64,000 nucleotides of DNA from positions 32,001 to 96,000 of IMG/VR virus record IMGVR_UViG_3300026097_000010, one strand, 5' to 3'. The translations under genes and the position numbers were made by a program. The DNA comes from a virus. Positions 37,101 through 46,292 of the stretch are shown one piece after another. The notes below the pieces were generated by a model. It was not told the origin of the DNA and did no database searches. It saw only the letters and a list, made by a program, of their open reading frames with translations. The number at the start of each line of letters is the position of its first letter. Position 1 is the first letter of the stretch.

Positions 37101-39642
37101 TTCCGCCGTTTTCTGCTAGGTATCCAATTTGGCAATAATATGTAAACACAGACACAAGTTCTGCTCTACCATTGTTCAAGACCTGGGCGCCGATGCCGTC
37201 CGATAGTACCTGTGTAAAATCGTTAGAAACCATCGATTTATTGCCGCCATTATGCAATGCTCCATCAATCTTTTGTCCGACACAGTTATCTCCTATAGTG
37301 GTCACACCTTGAATATACGGAGATCTAGTTAAAATCCATGTACGATCATCGGCCGGTCCCCAACCTGGATCTAGCGAGCAAAATGCTCCACCTGTAGGTC
37401 TTTGATAGAGATCGAAAACTTCGGGAGGATTTAAAATTCCGTCGAGTCCTTGGAGTGTACAATCTCTAACGCCGGTAGCATCTCTTAGATAGAACATATC
37501 GTCAAAATTTGCTCCGGTGATAGCATTACTGTAGTATCTTCCTTCCAGTATTGTTTTGTAGTTTCCTGTATAAATTATATCATATTTAAAAGCATCAATC
37601 GCTCTTCTTATATTTGTTTTATACAATTCAGAATCAAAGGTGTAATCTGGAAATGTTTCTTCGACATAGGCAACTGCTTCATGTGCAAAAAATTCTTTAT
37701 TTGCTTCTAAAATTAATACAGTGTTTGTGTATGCACTATCTGTAACAGCAGTATTTGTACCGGTTAGGGTCGGATTAGCGCCTTGCGATAAAACAAAAAA
37801 GTTAATATACGATATTAAATTATTAACCAATGCAGCTGTTGCAAGAGCAGAATCATTGCTTCCTGTTACAGGGGTTCCTTCTGATGAAAGAAAAACAGGA
37901 TCAACAGTATTTCCTGATGTTTTTCCTACAGTAAGCTCTTGTCCTTGGATAATGTCGCTTATAAACGGAAGAAGACGGTTTAATGCTGCTGTATAATAAG
38001 ATCCGTCATTGGCTAACTCTGCAATCGGTGTTTGTGCTTTGATTGTTGTGGATCTTAACTCTGATCCTTGGATCACAGTTCTCGCAGGAACAATTATTGG
38101 ACCAATTTCACGATGCTCTCCAGCAGAACATCGAATAGTTGTAAATCCTTCAAAATCATCATCTACTTGTTCTGCGGCAAATCGAATCGTTTTCCAAGGC
38201 TTGAAAGGACTGTATCCTCTCTGTGCATCTGTTGACGAATCAATACCTTGCGGATCGACATACACTACTCTGTTAATTTCACCGTATCTTCTGTAGACCA
38301 AAGAATCTTCATTGTCGATAGTTAGAACGGTGTCTGCGTCTCCAAGTTCTACATTTGTAGGTCCAAAGGAACTAGTATCACCTACTTCGTCTCGAGACAA
38401 ATCATAAGTTAAAAGATCTCCGCGTTGACTCAAACCTGTTTGTGTTTGTACTTCTACTACAATGTTCCAATAGTCAAAACCGCTACCGTTATCTCCTGGG
38501 AAGTTATCATTGTTTGATATATGTTGTACATTGCTTGCATAAACACTGCCTTGAAAATTAACAATGTCGTTTACTGAATATTCAACACCGGCAGACCATG
38601 CAGATCTCCAGTTTTGTCCAAATCCTATTTGTTCCCAATTCGAATCATCTAGATAATCAAGAGTACTAGCATCATCTGTAGTATCAGAAATTGCTACATA
38701 TAAATTTCCGCCACGTCTAACAACATCGCCTGTCTTGTAAGTAGATGTTGACGACCACAAACCTCTAAAGTTTACACCTTTAGATAAAAGTTCCCAATAA
38801 ATTTCTGTTGGTTGGTAAATTGAGTCGAACGGTGACTTGTTACTATTAGCTCGTACACAATAATATAAATATCCTCCATATTTTACAACACTTCCTATGC
38901 CGTAAAATAATTGAGAATCCCAATCAGTTTCAAACTCAGAACCGTCTAATTCTATTTGCCAATTATCTTCTTCATAGTTTGTAGCTGCATGACTTACTGT
39001 ACATCTCAGTAGTGATCCGTTATAAGTTACTAGGTCGTTTAATTTATATTGTGTATCTAATACAAAATCGCCTTTGTAATCAATGCCGCTGTAATATAGT
39101 TGCCATGTTTCTAAGGTACTGTCTTGAATATCATTGTTGTCGCCTACTTCGATACCATTTGATATGGTTGATGAAGTATGTCCTAAAACACAAACATAAA
39201 CATTTCCTCCATATCTTACAACATCGCCGATACCATATCTTGTCGAAGATGTCCAATCGCCTTTGAAACTAGGAGCATAAACGTATAACGACCAGTCTGA
39301 AATATTTGCATCAAACGTTCCTTGCGAAGTATGAGGAACTGTACAGACATAAAGGGCACCGCCATAGCGTACAATATCTCCTACAGTATAAACTGTAGTA
39401 GTTGTCCAGGTATGTCTGAATGCAAGTCCGTCTGCCATTTTATCCCATGCAGGAGAAAAATCAGTATCGTTTGGATTTGCTAAAAACTCTTGATCTGTTA
39501 AAAATGCAGATGCTGTATGTTGACGTATACAATAGTATACCGAACCGCTATACTGAACTACATCATCTTTATTATACGAAGTTGAAGAGGTCCACTCGCC
39601 ACGCCACGTATATCTAATTCTACTTATCTTAAACTCTGCCAT
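34144..39642 (-). CDS. giant multi-domain virion fibre/spike protein (1832 aa), paralogue of 27064-34101
   Basis: Same architecture, with shared blocks DMFYLRDATG, CSLDPGWGP, GQKIDGALHNGGN, GHDFLDIGTGNF, STDQDGNFR. Confidence 0.8.
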   Translation of the reverse strand: MAEFKISRIRYTWRGEWTSSTSYNKDDVVQYSGSVYYCIRQHTASAFLTDQEFLANPNDTDFSPAWDKMADGLAFRHTWTTTTVYTVGDIVRYGGALYVCTVPHTSQGTFDANISDWSLYVYAPSFKGDWTSSTRYGIGDVVRYGGNVYVCVLGHTSSTISNGIEVGDNNDIQDSTLETWQLYYSGIDYKGDFVLDTQYKLNDLVTYNGSLLRCTVSHAATNYEEDNWQIELDGSEFETDWDSQLFYGIGSVVKYGGYLYYCVRANSNKSPFDSIYQPTEIYWELLSKGVNFRGLWSSTSTYKTGDVVRRGGNLYVAISDTTDDASTLDYLDDSNWEQIGFGQNWRSAWSAGVEYSVNDIVNFQGSVYASNVQHISNNDNFPGDNGSGFDYWNIVVEVQTQTGLSQRGDLLTYDLSRDEVGDTSSFGPTNVELGDADTVLTIDNEDSLVYRRYGEINRVVYVDPQGIDSSTDAQRGYSPFKPWKTIRFAAEQVDDDFEGFTTIRCSAGEHREIGPIIVPARTVIQGSELRSTTIKAQTPIAELANDGSYYTAALNRLLPFISDIIQGQELTVGKTSGNTVDPVFLSSEGTPVTGSNDSALATAALVNNLISYINFFVLSQGANPTLTGTNTAVTDSAYTNTVLILEANKEFFAHEAVAYVEETFPDYTFDSELYKTNIRRAIDAFKYDIIYTGNYKTILEGRYYSNAITGANFDDMFYLRDATGVRDCTLQGLDGILNPPEVFDLYQRPTGGAFCSLDPGWGPADDRTWILTRSPYIQGVTTIGDNCVGQKIDGALHNGGNKSMVSNDFTQVLSDGIGAQVLNNGRAELVSVFTYYCQIGYLAENGGIIRATNGNCSYGRFGAVADGVDPDETPRAARLFNRNQQATIAQTFAGDFVDEIQILEWEHAGQNYTQASAQFTGAGVNAEVVFEDFRDNAIFEARLEDTIEDLDSIGTEIGGGGYSVVQNNAQDGNTTQITIAQNDEAQEATYLGKRIILTSGPGTGQYGYITSYDQLTKVVTVSRESDDQPGWDHVRPGFPLSETLGNQTTYRIEPRVTFSHPGFTVTSETMPGSTDFTAIGYGETYLEFSGISLSAESGEDAATFNIIKNGRDYNLSLASPGTGYQVGETYTISGSVLGAQSPYNNISVKVLSTTDNGAIISFLSSGIGATGRFVVLPTGSDTGLTSANGTTWSTTTFPSGGTWSCLATGREETNGREVFVALKLGSPEAAYSYNGVNWTSSSLPSNGPWRSVVYGDGAFVAVSDDGNEGAVSRDGINWVATTLPDAFDSTVNQFIDIAYGKERFVALANSNNSVAVGTRSGSAITWETYIMDVIDDSTQKDWRSIAYGNDRFVAISSTGEIAYSFDGFIWRAETMPSQDGSTAHFWQKIRYAQGVFFAIGDTGGRVVGDDPSSGPSNYAVTSFDGVTWTNRELIDSENWIDVAFGRPSAPSGSNPNDLSSPVWITLADSSRKINLIRTGARALGRVSVLSGKIQEIKLWDPGSGYTTVPTVTFTDPSSSSDAEALCRTADGVLSQPSWINRGLGYRTLTTDVTISGDGFADIIPSGKFITVTDLSKLYGPGAQITFDGSDEIYTLVTLSEIASIEGGLTAEVRISPELKVRDQFVHNTQMSIRERYSQCRITGHDFLDIGTGNFTETNYPDLYVSGTVFLTAPENEVFERLGGRVFYASTDQDGNFRTGELFAVEQSTGIVTISADFFDLGGLTEIRLGGIRVGGTGAVIREFSTDTTFTEDSNNIVPTQRAIRRYLESRLTLGGSEIATASFVAGTVKVGPQEISNVADLSNLIPVRADFIGPEAGISGTMVAQTIFYKSF

Positions 39643-39647
39643 ATTTT

Positions 39648-40019
39648 TTAACCGTCGCTTGAAATTCCTTCAGGATATACGTACCCTTGATTTATTCTCT
39701 GTACTAGTCTGCCTTCATCATCAATATAATAAAGAACATTCCTGTTATCCCATCTATATTGAGGGTATACTAAATTTTCGTACTCTACTTCGTGGTCTTC
39801 TGCAATGCCTTCAAAGTAATCAATACCTGGTTCAAAATCTTCAAAATTTTCAGATATAGGTCCTGGAATATTTAATTCTATAGAATCTTTATCTTTTAAT
39901 TGATCGCTTCTTAGCAAGAACAATTCTCCATCTGCATTTCTACGAATCATATATAGATATCTAGGACTGTCGCCTAATGCCTGTTGTGGGGTTGTTCCTA
40001 AATAATAATTATCTGACAT
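39648..40019 (-). CDS. hypothetical virion-associated protein
   Basis: 123-aa ORF within the fibre operon. Confidence 0.65.
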   Translation of the reverse strand: MSDNYYLGTTPQQALGDSPRYLYMIRRNADGELFLLRSDQLKDKDSIELNIPGPISENFEDFEPGIDYFEGIAEDHEVEYENLVYPQYRWDNRNVLYYIDDEGRLVQRINQGYVYPEGISSDG

Positions 40020-40028
40020 AGTCTATCC

Positions 40029-40361
40029 TTAAGATATCTCTACATAACTAATAGTAGAATCTACACTTGCATCTGTATCTGATACTAATCTTATTCCTGA
40101 AGTTTCTGGTAAGATTAATTTTTCACCTTGTGTTATTACTTTCACACTTGTATTAGGAGGTATAACAATTCCTTTTACATAATGTCCTTGTGTTGAGTTT
40201 TCATCAACAACAAACATATCAACATTTACTACATCAAACTCTGTAGTGTTTGCAAGATTACAACCTATCACAGTTGCTCTTACTCCTAACGGTATTTGTA
40301 AAACATCTACAGGTTCAGTTCCTATGTCAGTGTTTACCGCATGTTTAAAAACTGTTGGCAT
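40029..40361 (-). CDS. small beta-rich virion protein (adaptor-like family)
   Basis: MPTVFK...TVIGCNLAN...IPPNTS...GEKLIL. Confidence 0.65.
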   Translation of the reverse strand: MPTVFKHAVNTDIGTEPVDVLQIPLGVRATVIGCNLANTTEFDVVNVDMFVVDENSTQGHYVKGIVIPPNTSVKVITQGEKLILPETSGIRLVSDTDASVDSTISYVEIS

Positions 40362-40365
40362 ATCT

Positions 40366-41418
40366 TTATCCTAACATTAATGCAAACGCTGCCGAAATGT
40401 CGTTTGCTTGAATTTCTGACACTGCACCTGATGCACCGGCTGGACTAGCCCATGTTGCACCATTCCAAATTTCAAGTGCTCCTGCTTCTGTATTATATCG
40501 TGTCATGCCTATAACAGCATATGCTGTAGGTCTTTCAGCATTATTTCCTACCGGAGGTACAAAGCCATTAGTCGTGTCGATTTTAAAGTACCCAGCTCCG
40601 GTCTGTGCAAAAATTGATATAGCATCATCTACTACGTTAGTTATGGTATTACTAGCTATTCTAAAGTTTCCTAATCTAACGCCGCCGGCACCGCTACCGT
40701 CGATATAGATATCATTTCCTGCAGATGAAGATATTGTGCTGTCAGTTATATTAATATCGCCAATATCCATTGTAGGCACATCAATAAAATCTGCAAAGAA
40801 TTCATTAGCAAACACAGTTCTCCATTTTTTGTCTGCAGATCCTAAATCATATGTGTTGTTTGCATCTGGTACAATATCACTTTGTATACTAGCATTAATA
40901 GTAATTGTATCTGTTAATTCGTCGCCTATTGTGATATTACCGCCTATAGTAACGTCACCAACCGCACTAACATTTCCAGAAACTGACAAGTTACCAGTAA
41001 TGTTTGTGTTGTTAACTAATTCTATGGTGCCTGCACCATTAGGTCTAAGTTCAATTGAACTGTTTGATACAGTTGTAGATATTACATTTCCTGCAACTTC
41101 AAAGTCATCGACCTGAAGTTTTGCATGATAAATTGTTGGATCTGAGCCGCTAGGGGAAAAACTAATAGTATCTTGTGTGCTACTAATTGTGTTTCCGGTA
41201 ATTGTTAAATTACCAATGTCTTGTTGATTATCAACTACAAGAGTTGTAGTTCGTGTGGTTCCAGTAACGTCTAGATCAGTTGTAGGAGAACTGTTGTTAA
41301 CGCCTATTCTACGATTGTTTACATCTAAATATAAAAGGTCAGTCTCAAAGGCCAAATCATTGCCATCACGCAATAAGTTAGACTTCAAGAGCGGACCGGA
41401 AATACGACCAATAGCCAT
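40366..41418 (-). CDS. virion fibre/baseplate-associated protein
   Basis: MAIGRISGPLLK N-terminus, beta-rich I-x-GN-x-I repeats, P-x-G-x-x-x-x-RP...G-x-TRYNTE motif. Confidence 0.7.
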   Translation of the reverse strand: MAIGRISGPLLKSNLLRDGNDLAFETDLLYLDVNNRRIGVNNSSPTTDLDVTGTTRTTTLVVDNQQDIGNLTITGNTISSTQDTISFSPSGSDPTIYHAKLQVDDFEVAGNVISTTVSNSSIELRPNGAGTIELVNNTNITGNLSVSGNVSAVGDVTIGGNITIGDELTDTITINASIQSDIVPDANNTYDLGSADKKWRTVFANEFFADFIDVPTMDIGDINITDSTISSSAGNDIYIDGSGAGGVRLGNFRIASNTITNVVDDAISIFAQTGAGYFKIDTTNGFVPPVGNNAERPTAYAVIGMTRYNTEAGALEIWNGATWASPAGASGAVSEIQANDISAAFALMLG

Positions 41419-41525
41419 GCGCTCTCCTCAACCACCGTGTTTCACGGATAACCACCTTACATTGCGGGTTTACCACAGTTTGGTCATACAAAGAAAGGTC
41501 GTTCTTTGTAATCATTAGTATTTAT
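41419..41525 (-). promoter_or_regulatory. late promoter plus structured 5' leader (candidate cis-regulatory RNA)
   Basis: ATAAATA box (41519-41525), three hairpins, then GAGGAG SD. Confidence 0.5.
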
Positions 41526-41538
41526 GCGAGTTTGAGAT

Positions 41539-44343
41539 TTAACCTAGGATAAGACTATAAACGTTAGCAAAATCTTCTTGAATTTCTTCAGTGACTTCTT
41601 CACCAGCTCCTGTTGCAATTACATAGACATTGCCGTCAAAACATTCAAGATAGCCTTCTTCTGTGTTCCAGCGAGTATCACCTATTTCGGTCGTCGACGG
41701 ACGAGTCGAATTGTCTCCAGCAGGCAGAACAAATGCATTTGTGCCAGCAAATTGATAATATCCTCTATCTGTACCAGTAAACGATATAGGATCATTATTG
41801 TTTAAATTAGTAATGTAATCATTAGGAGCAAACGAATTAATAGTTAGTGTAACAAAATCTCTAGTAATTCTATCGTACATATAGATATTAGTATCAGTAA
41901 CAGCTATAATGTCAACTCGAGATTCATTTACAGATTCTCCATTTACAGCAAAATTTCCAATAGCCGACGGATCGGGACTAATATTCGATCTTCTGATATC
42001 ATAATCTCCTTGGAGAGAAGATCTGTAGATTTGTATGGTATCTGAAGGTGCTCCACTACTAGGCTGATAATATATTTCTCTAGGATTATTTGTATCCACA
42101 AACGTAGAAAATTTGTAAAAACTATAACCTATATAGTTTATGTTAGATGTAGTTGAACTAGCTGATGATAAATCGTGTCCAGTAGAAAGTGTAAATGTTT
42201 CAACATCGCCAAATGAACTATGAATAATAACTCTTGTGCCGTCAGCATTTACGTATATATTTCCAAACGAATTATTAATCGATGCATCGATAGTTGTAGA
42301 ACTTAGTAATGATGATGTTGTTAGATCATAAGGTGTTGTTAAATTATAGTTTTTAAGTATCTTATTATATGATGAATCTCTTAACATATAATAAAAATGA
42401 GTTCCATCTGGGCTAAATGTAAAAAATGATAGTCCTATGGTATACGGTGATGATTTATCTACTAAAATAGATTGAGATTGTACAACACTCGAAAAATCAT
42501 AGGGTGCATTTAAATCATATCTTCTTACAGTTTCGAAACTAGTTTGCCATCTAAAAAGAATTGTTCCTGTAGGGTCTATTTTCCATATATCGTCTGAATT
42601 AGCAGCAAATGCATTAACTTGGCTTACTATACCACCATTTATTAACGGAATATCGGGATAAAAATCTGTTCTAAATGAATAAATTGTACTACCAGATGCT
42701 GTGAATATTTTTTTACCGTCCGATGCTAATGCCATACAAGAGCCAATCACCGAACTAATACTATGAAACTCGTCAGTATGTTCAAGGCCGGCCCAATCTA
42801 TTGTTTTAACAATCTGGTTAAGACTGTCATCTAGTACTATAAGATCTTTTTCGTCAGGTGTAAGAAGTACACTATTAATATCGCTTGACCATCTTGAGGT
42901 GTTAAATCCGTCAATTATTGATAGTCCTGACGAAATATCCCAATTATTAGTTAAACCTATTTTCCACCAAGTTCCTCTTGAAGAAGTATTACTTCTAGCG
43001 TAGAAATACATAAATTTTCCATTTGGACTAAATCGCAGATCACTAAAATAACTTGCAGTTCGGGGAGATGTTCCTGTAGAATCTAGTGTTGCGGTTGTTA
43101 AATCAAATGGAGTAGTCATTGTATACTTGTATATAGATGCTGTATTCTCAATAATGAAAAGCATTGTGCCGTCTTCACTGAGAGTAACTCCACATCTAAA
43201 CATATTTGACACTTGTCCAGATACATCTAGAGAAATACCTGTTGTTGTAATTGTTGAAAAATCATAAGGAGTTGCAAGATCATATCTATAAATTATTTCA
43301 GTACCTGCTGCAACTATTAAAATTTTACCGTTGTTAAAAAAGTCAAAACTCGTAATACCGCCGCTAAACCCTAATGTGCTTATATTATAACTACCGTCGG
43401 TTTGTGCACCTGGAAGATAATAAGTTTCTCTTTGGGGTTCAAACATTATTTCTTCAATTCTGGTTGTTTGGGTAGCTGGAAGAATAGTTACATCGTCATT
43501 TGATTGAAGGGCAAAAATTTCGTTATCAACACCATTAATAAATATTTGGTCACTTATTCTAGCATTCACAGGTGTAATTGTATCAATCTCCGAAGTATCG
43601 GTAAAAAAGATATTCTGCCATTGCCCGAAAGACGAATCGGTTTGATTTCTACCAAGGTCGTATGCATTGTCTAATCCTGGTATTAAACTTTGCTGAAGTT
43701 CTACATTAAAATCAACTACATCGTTTTCTGGTTGAGACCCTTCATTGTCAATAACATCGTCACCTAGTATTAACGATCCTTGCTTAGTTAAATTTCCAGA
43801 AATATCAATATTTCCACTTACATATAGATCACCTGTAATATTTGTATTAGCAATTAACTCTATAGTTCCGGTAGCGTTAGGTCTTAACTCTATATTTTGA
43901 TCTGGTATTAATCCTGTTATATTGTTATCGTTAAACTCTAAAGAGTCTGTAATTAATCTGTCGTGTCTGATGTAAGGATTAGTTTGACTAGGAACAAGAT
44001 TAATAGGCCCCACAGATGTAGTAAAATATGAATTTGACTGAACAATAAGATTAGCTATATTAGCTTGACTATTGACTATATTATCTGTAGTAAATATGTC
44101 GTTATTAACATCTAGATCAAAAACTGGAACATCTACATTTATTCCTATTCCTGTACCTTGTAACGATGAAGGAAGAGAAGAATCGTAATTAGGATCGCCG
44201 TATTCGCCGTCTTCTATAAATGGTTCTATAACGGGAGAAACTTTGAGATATAACAGATCTGTATCAAATGCAAGATCGTTACCATCTCGTAAGAGATTGT
44301 CTTTGAGTAAAGGACCGCTGATGCGTCCTATATTTCCTGCCAT
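41539..44343 (-). CDS. virion fibre protein, paralogue of 40366-41418 with inserted beta-propeller-like module
   Basis: Shared IGRISGPLLK-x-NLLRDGNDLAF-x-TDLLYL start and shared C-terminus, with central Y-x-L-x-TP-(Y/F)-D repeats. Confidence 0.75.
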   Translation of the reverse strand: MAGNIGRISGPLLKDNLLRDGNDLAFDTDLLYLKVSPVIEPFIEDGEYGDPNYDSSLPSSLQGTGIGINVDVPVFDLDVNNDIFTTDNIVNSQANIANLIVQSNSYFTTSVGPINLVPSQTNPYIRHDRLITDSLEFNDNNITGLIPDQNIELRPNATGTIELIANTNITGDLYVSGNIDISGNLTKQGSLILGDDVIDNEGSQPENDVVDFNVELQQSLIPGLDNAYDLGRNQTDSSFGQWQNIFFTDTSEIDTITPVNARISDQIFINGVDNEIFALQSNDDVTILPATQTTRIEEIMFEPQRETYYLPGAQTDGSYNISTLGFSGGITSFDFFNNGKILIVAAGTEIIYRYDLATPYDFSTITTTGISLDVSGQVSNMFRCGVTLSEDGTMLFIIENTASIYKYTMTTPFDLTTATLDSTGTSPRTASYFSDLRFSPNGKFMYFYARSNTSSRGTWWKIGLTNNWDISSGLSIIDGFNTSRWSSDINSVLLTPDEKDLIVLDDSLNQIVKTIDWAGLEHTDEFHSISSVIGSCMALASDGKKIFTASGSTIYSFRTDFYPDIPLINGGIVSQVNAFAANSDDIWKIDPTGTILFRWQTSFETVRRYDLNAPYDFSSVVQSQSILVDKSSPYTIGLSFFTFSPDGTHFYYMLRDSSYNKILKNYNLTTPYDLTTSSLLSSTTIDASINNSFGNIYVNADGTRVIIHSSFGDVETFTLSTGHDLSSASSTTSNINYIGYSFYKFSTFVDTNNPREIYYQPSSGAPSDTIQIYRSSLQGDYDIRRSNISPDPSAIGNFAVNGESVNESRVDIIAVTDTNIYMYDRITRDFVTLTINSFAPNDYITNLNNNDPISFTGTDRGYYQFAGTNAFVLPAGDNSTRPSTTEIGDTRWNTEEGYLECFDGNVYVIATGAGEEVTEEIQEDFANVYSLILG

Positions 44344-44374
44344 TAGTTGCTCCTAATAGCAGTATTTACCGAGA

Positions 44375-44902
44375 TTAGTTGGCAAATCCGTAGTAGATAG
44401 TTACATACTTTCCTGAAGGTACAGGCGACGTAAATTTTAAATACCATCCATCGCTGTATGGAGAATTTGGGCCTGTTAAGCTTCCGCTTACACTTTGTTC
44501 TAGTGTAAAGTTTGTAGTGGAAATCTGCATAACATTTTCAACTAAAACAATAATATTATCAACCGCATCTGGTATAATACTTAACGAACCGAATACAGTT
44601 TCTGTATCATCTCCTGGACCTAACGTTTGTTTAGTAATAGTAGATGCACCCGGAGCTCGAACAATTTCCCAAGAGCCGCCGACATATGCTTCGATAGAAT
44701 TTGTATCTGTGTTATAACGAATATATCCTTCAGCATCTTCTGGCTGTCTAACACCTGTAATATCAGGACGTTGTGCTTCTGTTCCCTTTGGAAGCATAAC
44801 AGCTCCGGATATATCCATTACCGCTCGCCCGTAAGGATTTATCTGAAATGAATTATCACTAGGACTGTATTTTGATGTATTTTGTGATTTTAAAAACTTC
44901 AT
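44375..44902 (-). CDS. virion structural protein
   Basis: LPKGTEAQRP...GYIRYNTDTNSIEAY motif, then GD-x-x-T-x-F...IIVLVENVMQ Ig-like repeat. Confidence 0.65.
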   Translation of the reverse strand: MKFLKSQNTSKYSPSDNSFQINPYGRAVMDISGAVMLPKGTEAQRPDITGVRQPEDAEGYIRYNTDTNSIEAYVGGSWEIVRAPGASTITKQTLGPGDDTETVFGSLSIIPDAVDNIIVLVENVMQISTTNFTLEQSVSGSLTGPNSPYSDGWYLKFTSPVPSGKYVTIYYGFAN

Positions 44903-45261
44903 ACTTGTAAGAAACTCACTGTAACAGCAAGTAAACTTCCTGTATCTGTACCAACCTGGATAGTATCGCCTGCTCCTAAAATAATTTTTTCATCGCTAAA
45001 AAACACAGTTTCGCCTGCAGGAATTGTAAGATTACTAACTATTGTGTTTGCGGCTGTTCTTCCTGATGTAACCAAGAATACTTTACAGTCTACGGAATTT
45101 ACTGATTCATCTGTTAAATTCGGTGATCCTGTATTACAAAGAATCATAGTGGTGATAGCATTGCTAACCTGTGTGCTTGCCGATTCACCATCTGTAGTGC
45201 TGGTGAAAACTGTTTCCGGAGTATCAACATCTGTTGATGTAACTAGTGTACTTTTTATCAT
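44899..45261 (-). CDS. small beta-rich virion protein (adaptor-like family)
   Basis: AITTMILCN...IPAGET...EKIILGAGDTIQV. Confidence 0.65.
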   Translation of the reverse strand: MIKSTLVTSTDVDTPETVFTSTTDGESASTQVSNAITTMILCNTGSPNLTDESVNSVDCKVFLVTSGRTAANTIVSNLTIPAGETVFFSDEKIILGAGDTIQVGTDTGSLLAVTVSFLQV

Positions 45262-45270
45262 TTTGTTCTC

Positions 45271-46284
45271 TTAAAATATCATACTAAACAACAATGCTCT
45301 ATTTTTACTTATTAATTCTCCGCCTTCTACGTTAGAGTTTGAAAAATAAAGACCTGTAGCACCAACACTTGGATCTTGAGCATTGATTGTTACAGATCCT
45401 GCTACATAGTTTACACTGTTTGAAATTTTTTCTAGCTGTATCGCATAATTTGTTTTTATTTTGCCAGTGCCGCCTGTTCGGAGATATAGATTTGTTTCAC
45501 TGTTAGAATCGTCATAATCTTCGGTTCTAATTTCAATATTTTCTCCGTCGATTTCTATTCCCGTTCTACCAACTTCACCTATTAATACTCTATCTTGATA
45601 ATATTGCGAAACTAATACGCCGTCAACAAGAACTGATATTGCACTAGTTAGCGGAGCTGGATAACTTGTTAAAGTAGCAAAATCACTACCAGCATCTGTA
45701 ACATCTAAATCTGTAACAACTATTCTTGTGTCGTCATCAACAATCTGAAACGTAGGGTTATCTCGAATGGCAGCATCGACATATGCTTTATTCGGAATGT
45801 CATCTGGATCGGTAATTTGATCTTCATAGTTTGTAGTGCCTCTAACGGTTATTACGCCGGTGCCGTTTCCTACTAAAACTAAATCTTGATCACCAGAATC
45901 TGGAGTTAAAATTCTTTTTACTTTTATTGAACTTACTTCGCCGCCGCCGAGTTCATAACTATATGTTCCATCTGAACCGTAGGTAAAAAGAAATGCTTCT
46001 TCAGTGTCGTCGTATATAATATTTGCATTTGACACAGTACCCCTGTCTATTTCTATTCCAGAGTATCTTTTGGTAACGCCAGCACCTGTTTCACCTCTAT
46101 TTAAAAGGATAACATTATCGTCGACTTGTAACTCTTCAGCAGAAATAGTGAGGGTATCACCTTCAACAATTAAGTTTCCAGTGACCCTCACTTCGCCTAT
46201 ACTCGGACCGGTATCTAAGGTAATAATTCCTTCGGCACGAGTTTTAATAGTATAATCGCCATTAGTTTGTATAAACTGGCTCAT
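45271..46284 (-). CDS. virion fibre-like structural protein
   Basis: VTGNLIVEG...VDDNVILLN...SGIEIDRG, NKAYVD fibre motif. Confidence 0.7.
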   Translation of the reverse strand: MSQFIQTNGDYTIKTRAEGIITLDTGPSIGEVRVTGNLIVEGDTLTISAEELQVDDNVILLNRGETGAGVTKRYSGIEIDRGTVSNANIIYDDTEEAFLFTYGSDGTYSYELGGGEVSSIKVKRILTPDSGDQDLVLVGNGTGVITVRGTTNYEDQITDPDDIPNKAYVDAAIRDNPTFQIVDDDTRIVVTDLDVTDAGSDFATLTSYPAPLTSAISVLVDGVLVSQYYQDRVLIGEVGRTGIEIDGENIEIRTEDYDDSNSETNLYLRTGGTGKIKTNYAIQLEKISNSVNYVAGSVTINAQDPSVGATGLYFSNSNVEGGELISKNRALLFSMIF

Positions 46285-46292
46285 TGTTTACC

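Noticed and set aside
27272-46255. Many 60-140 aa + strand ORFs opposite structural genes
   Set aside because: Antisense shadow frames without SD, promoter or recognisable motifs.
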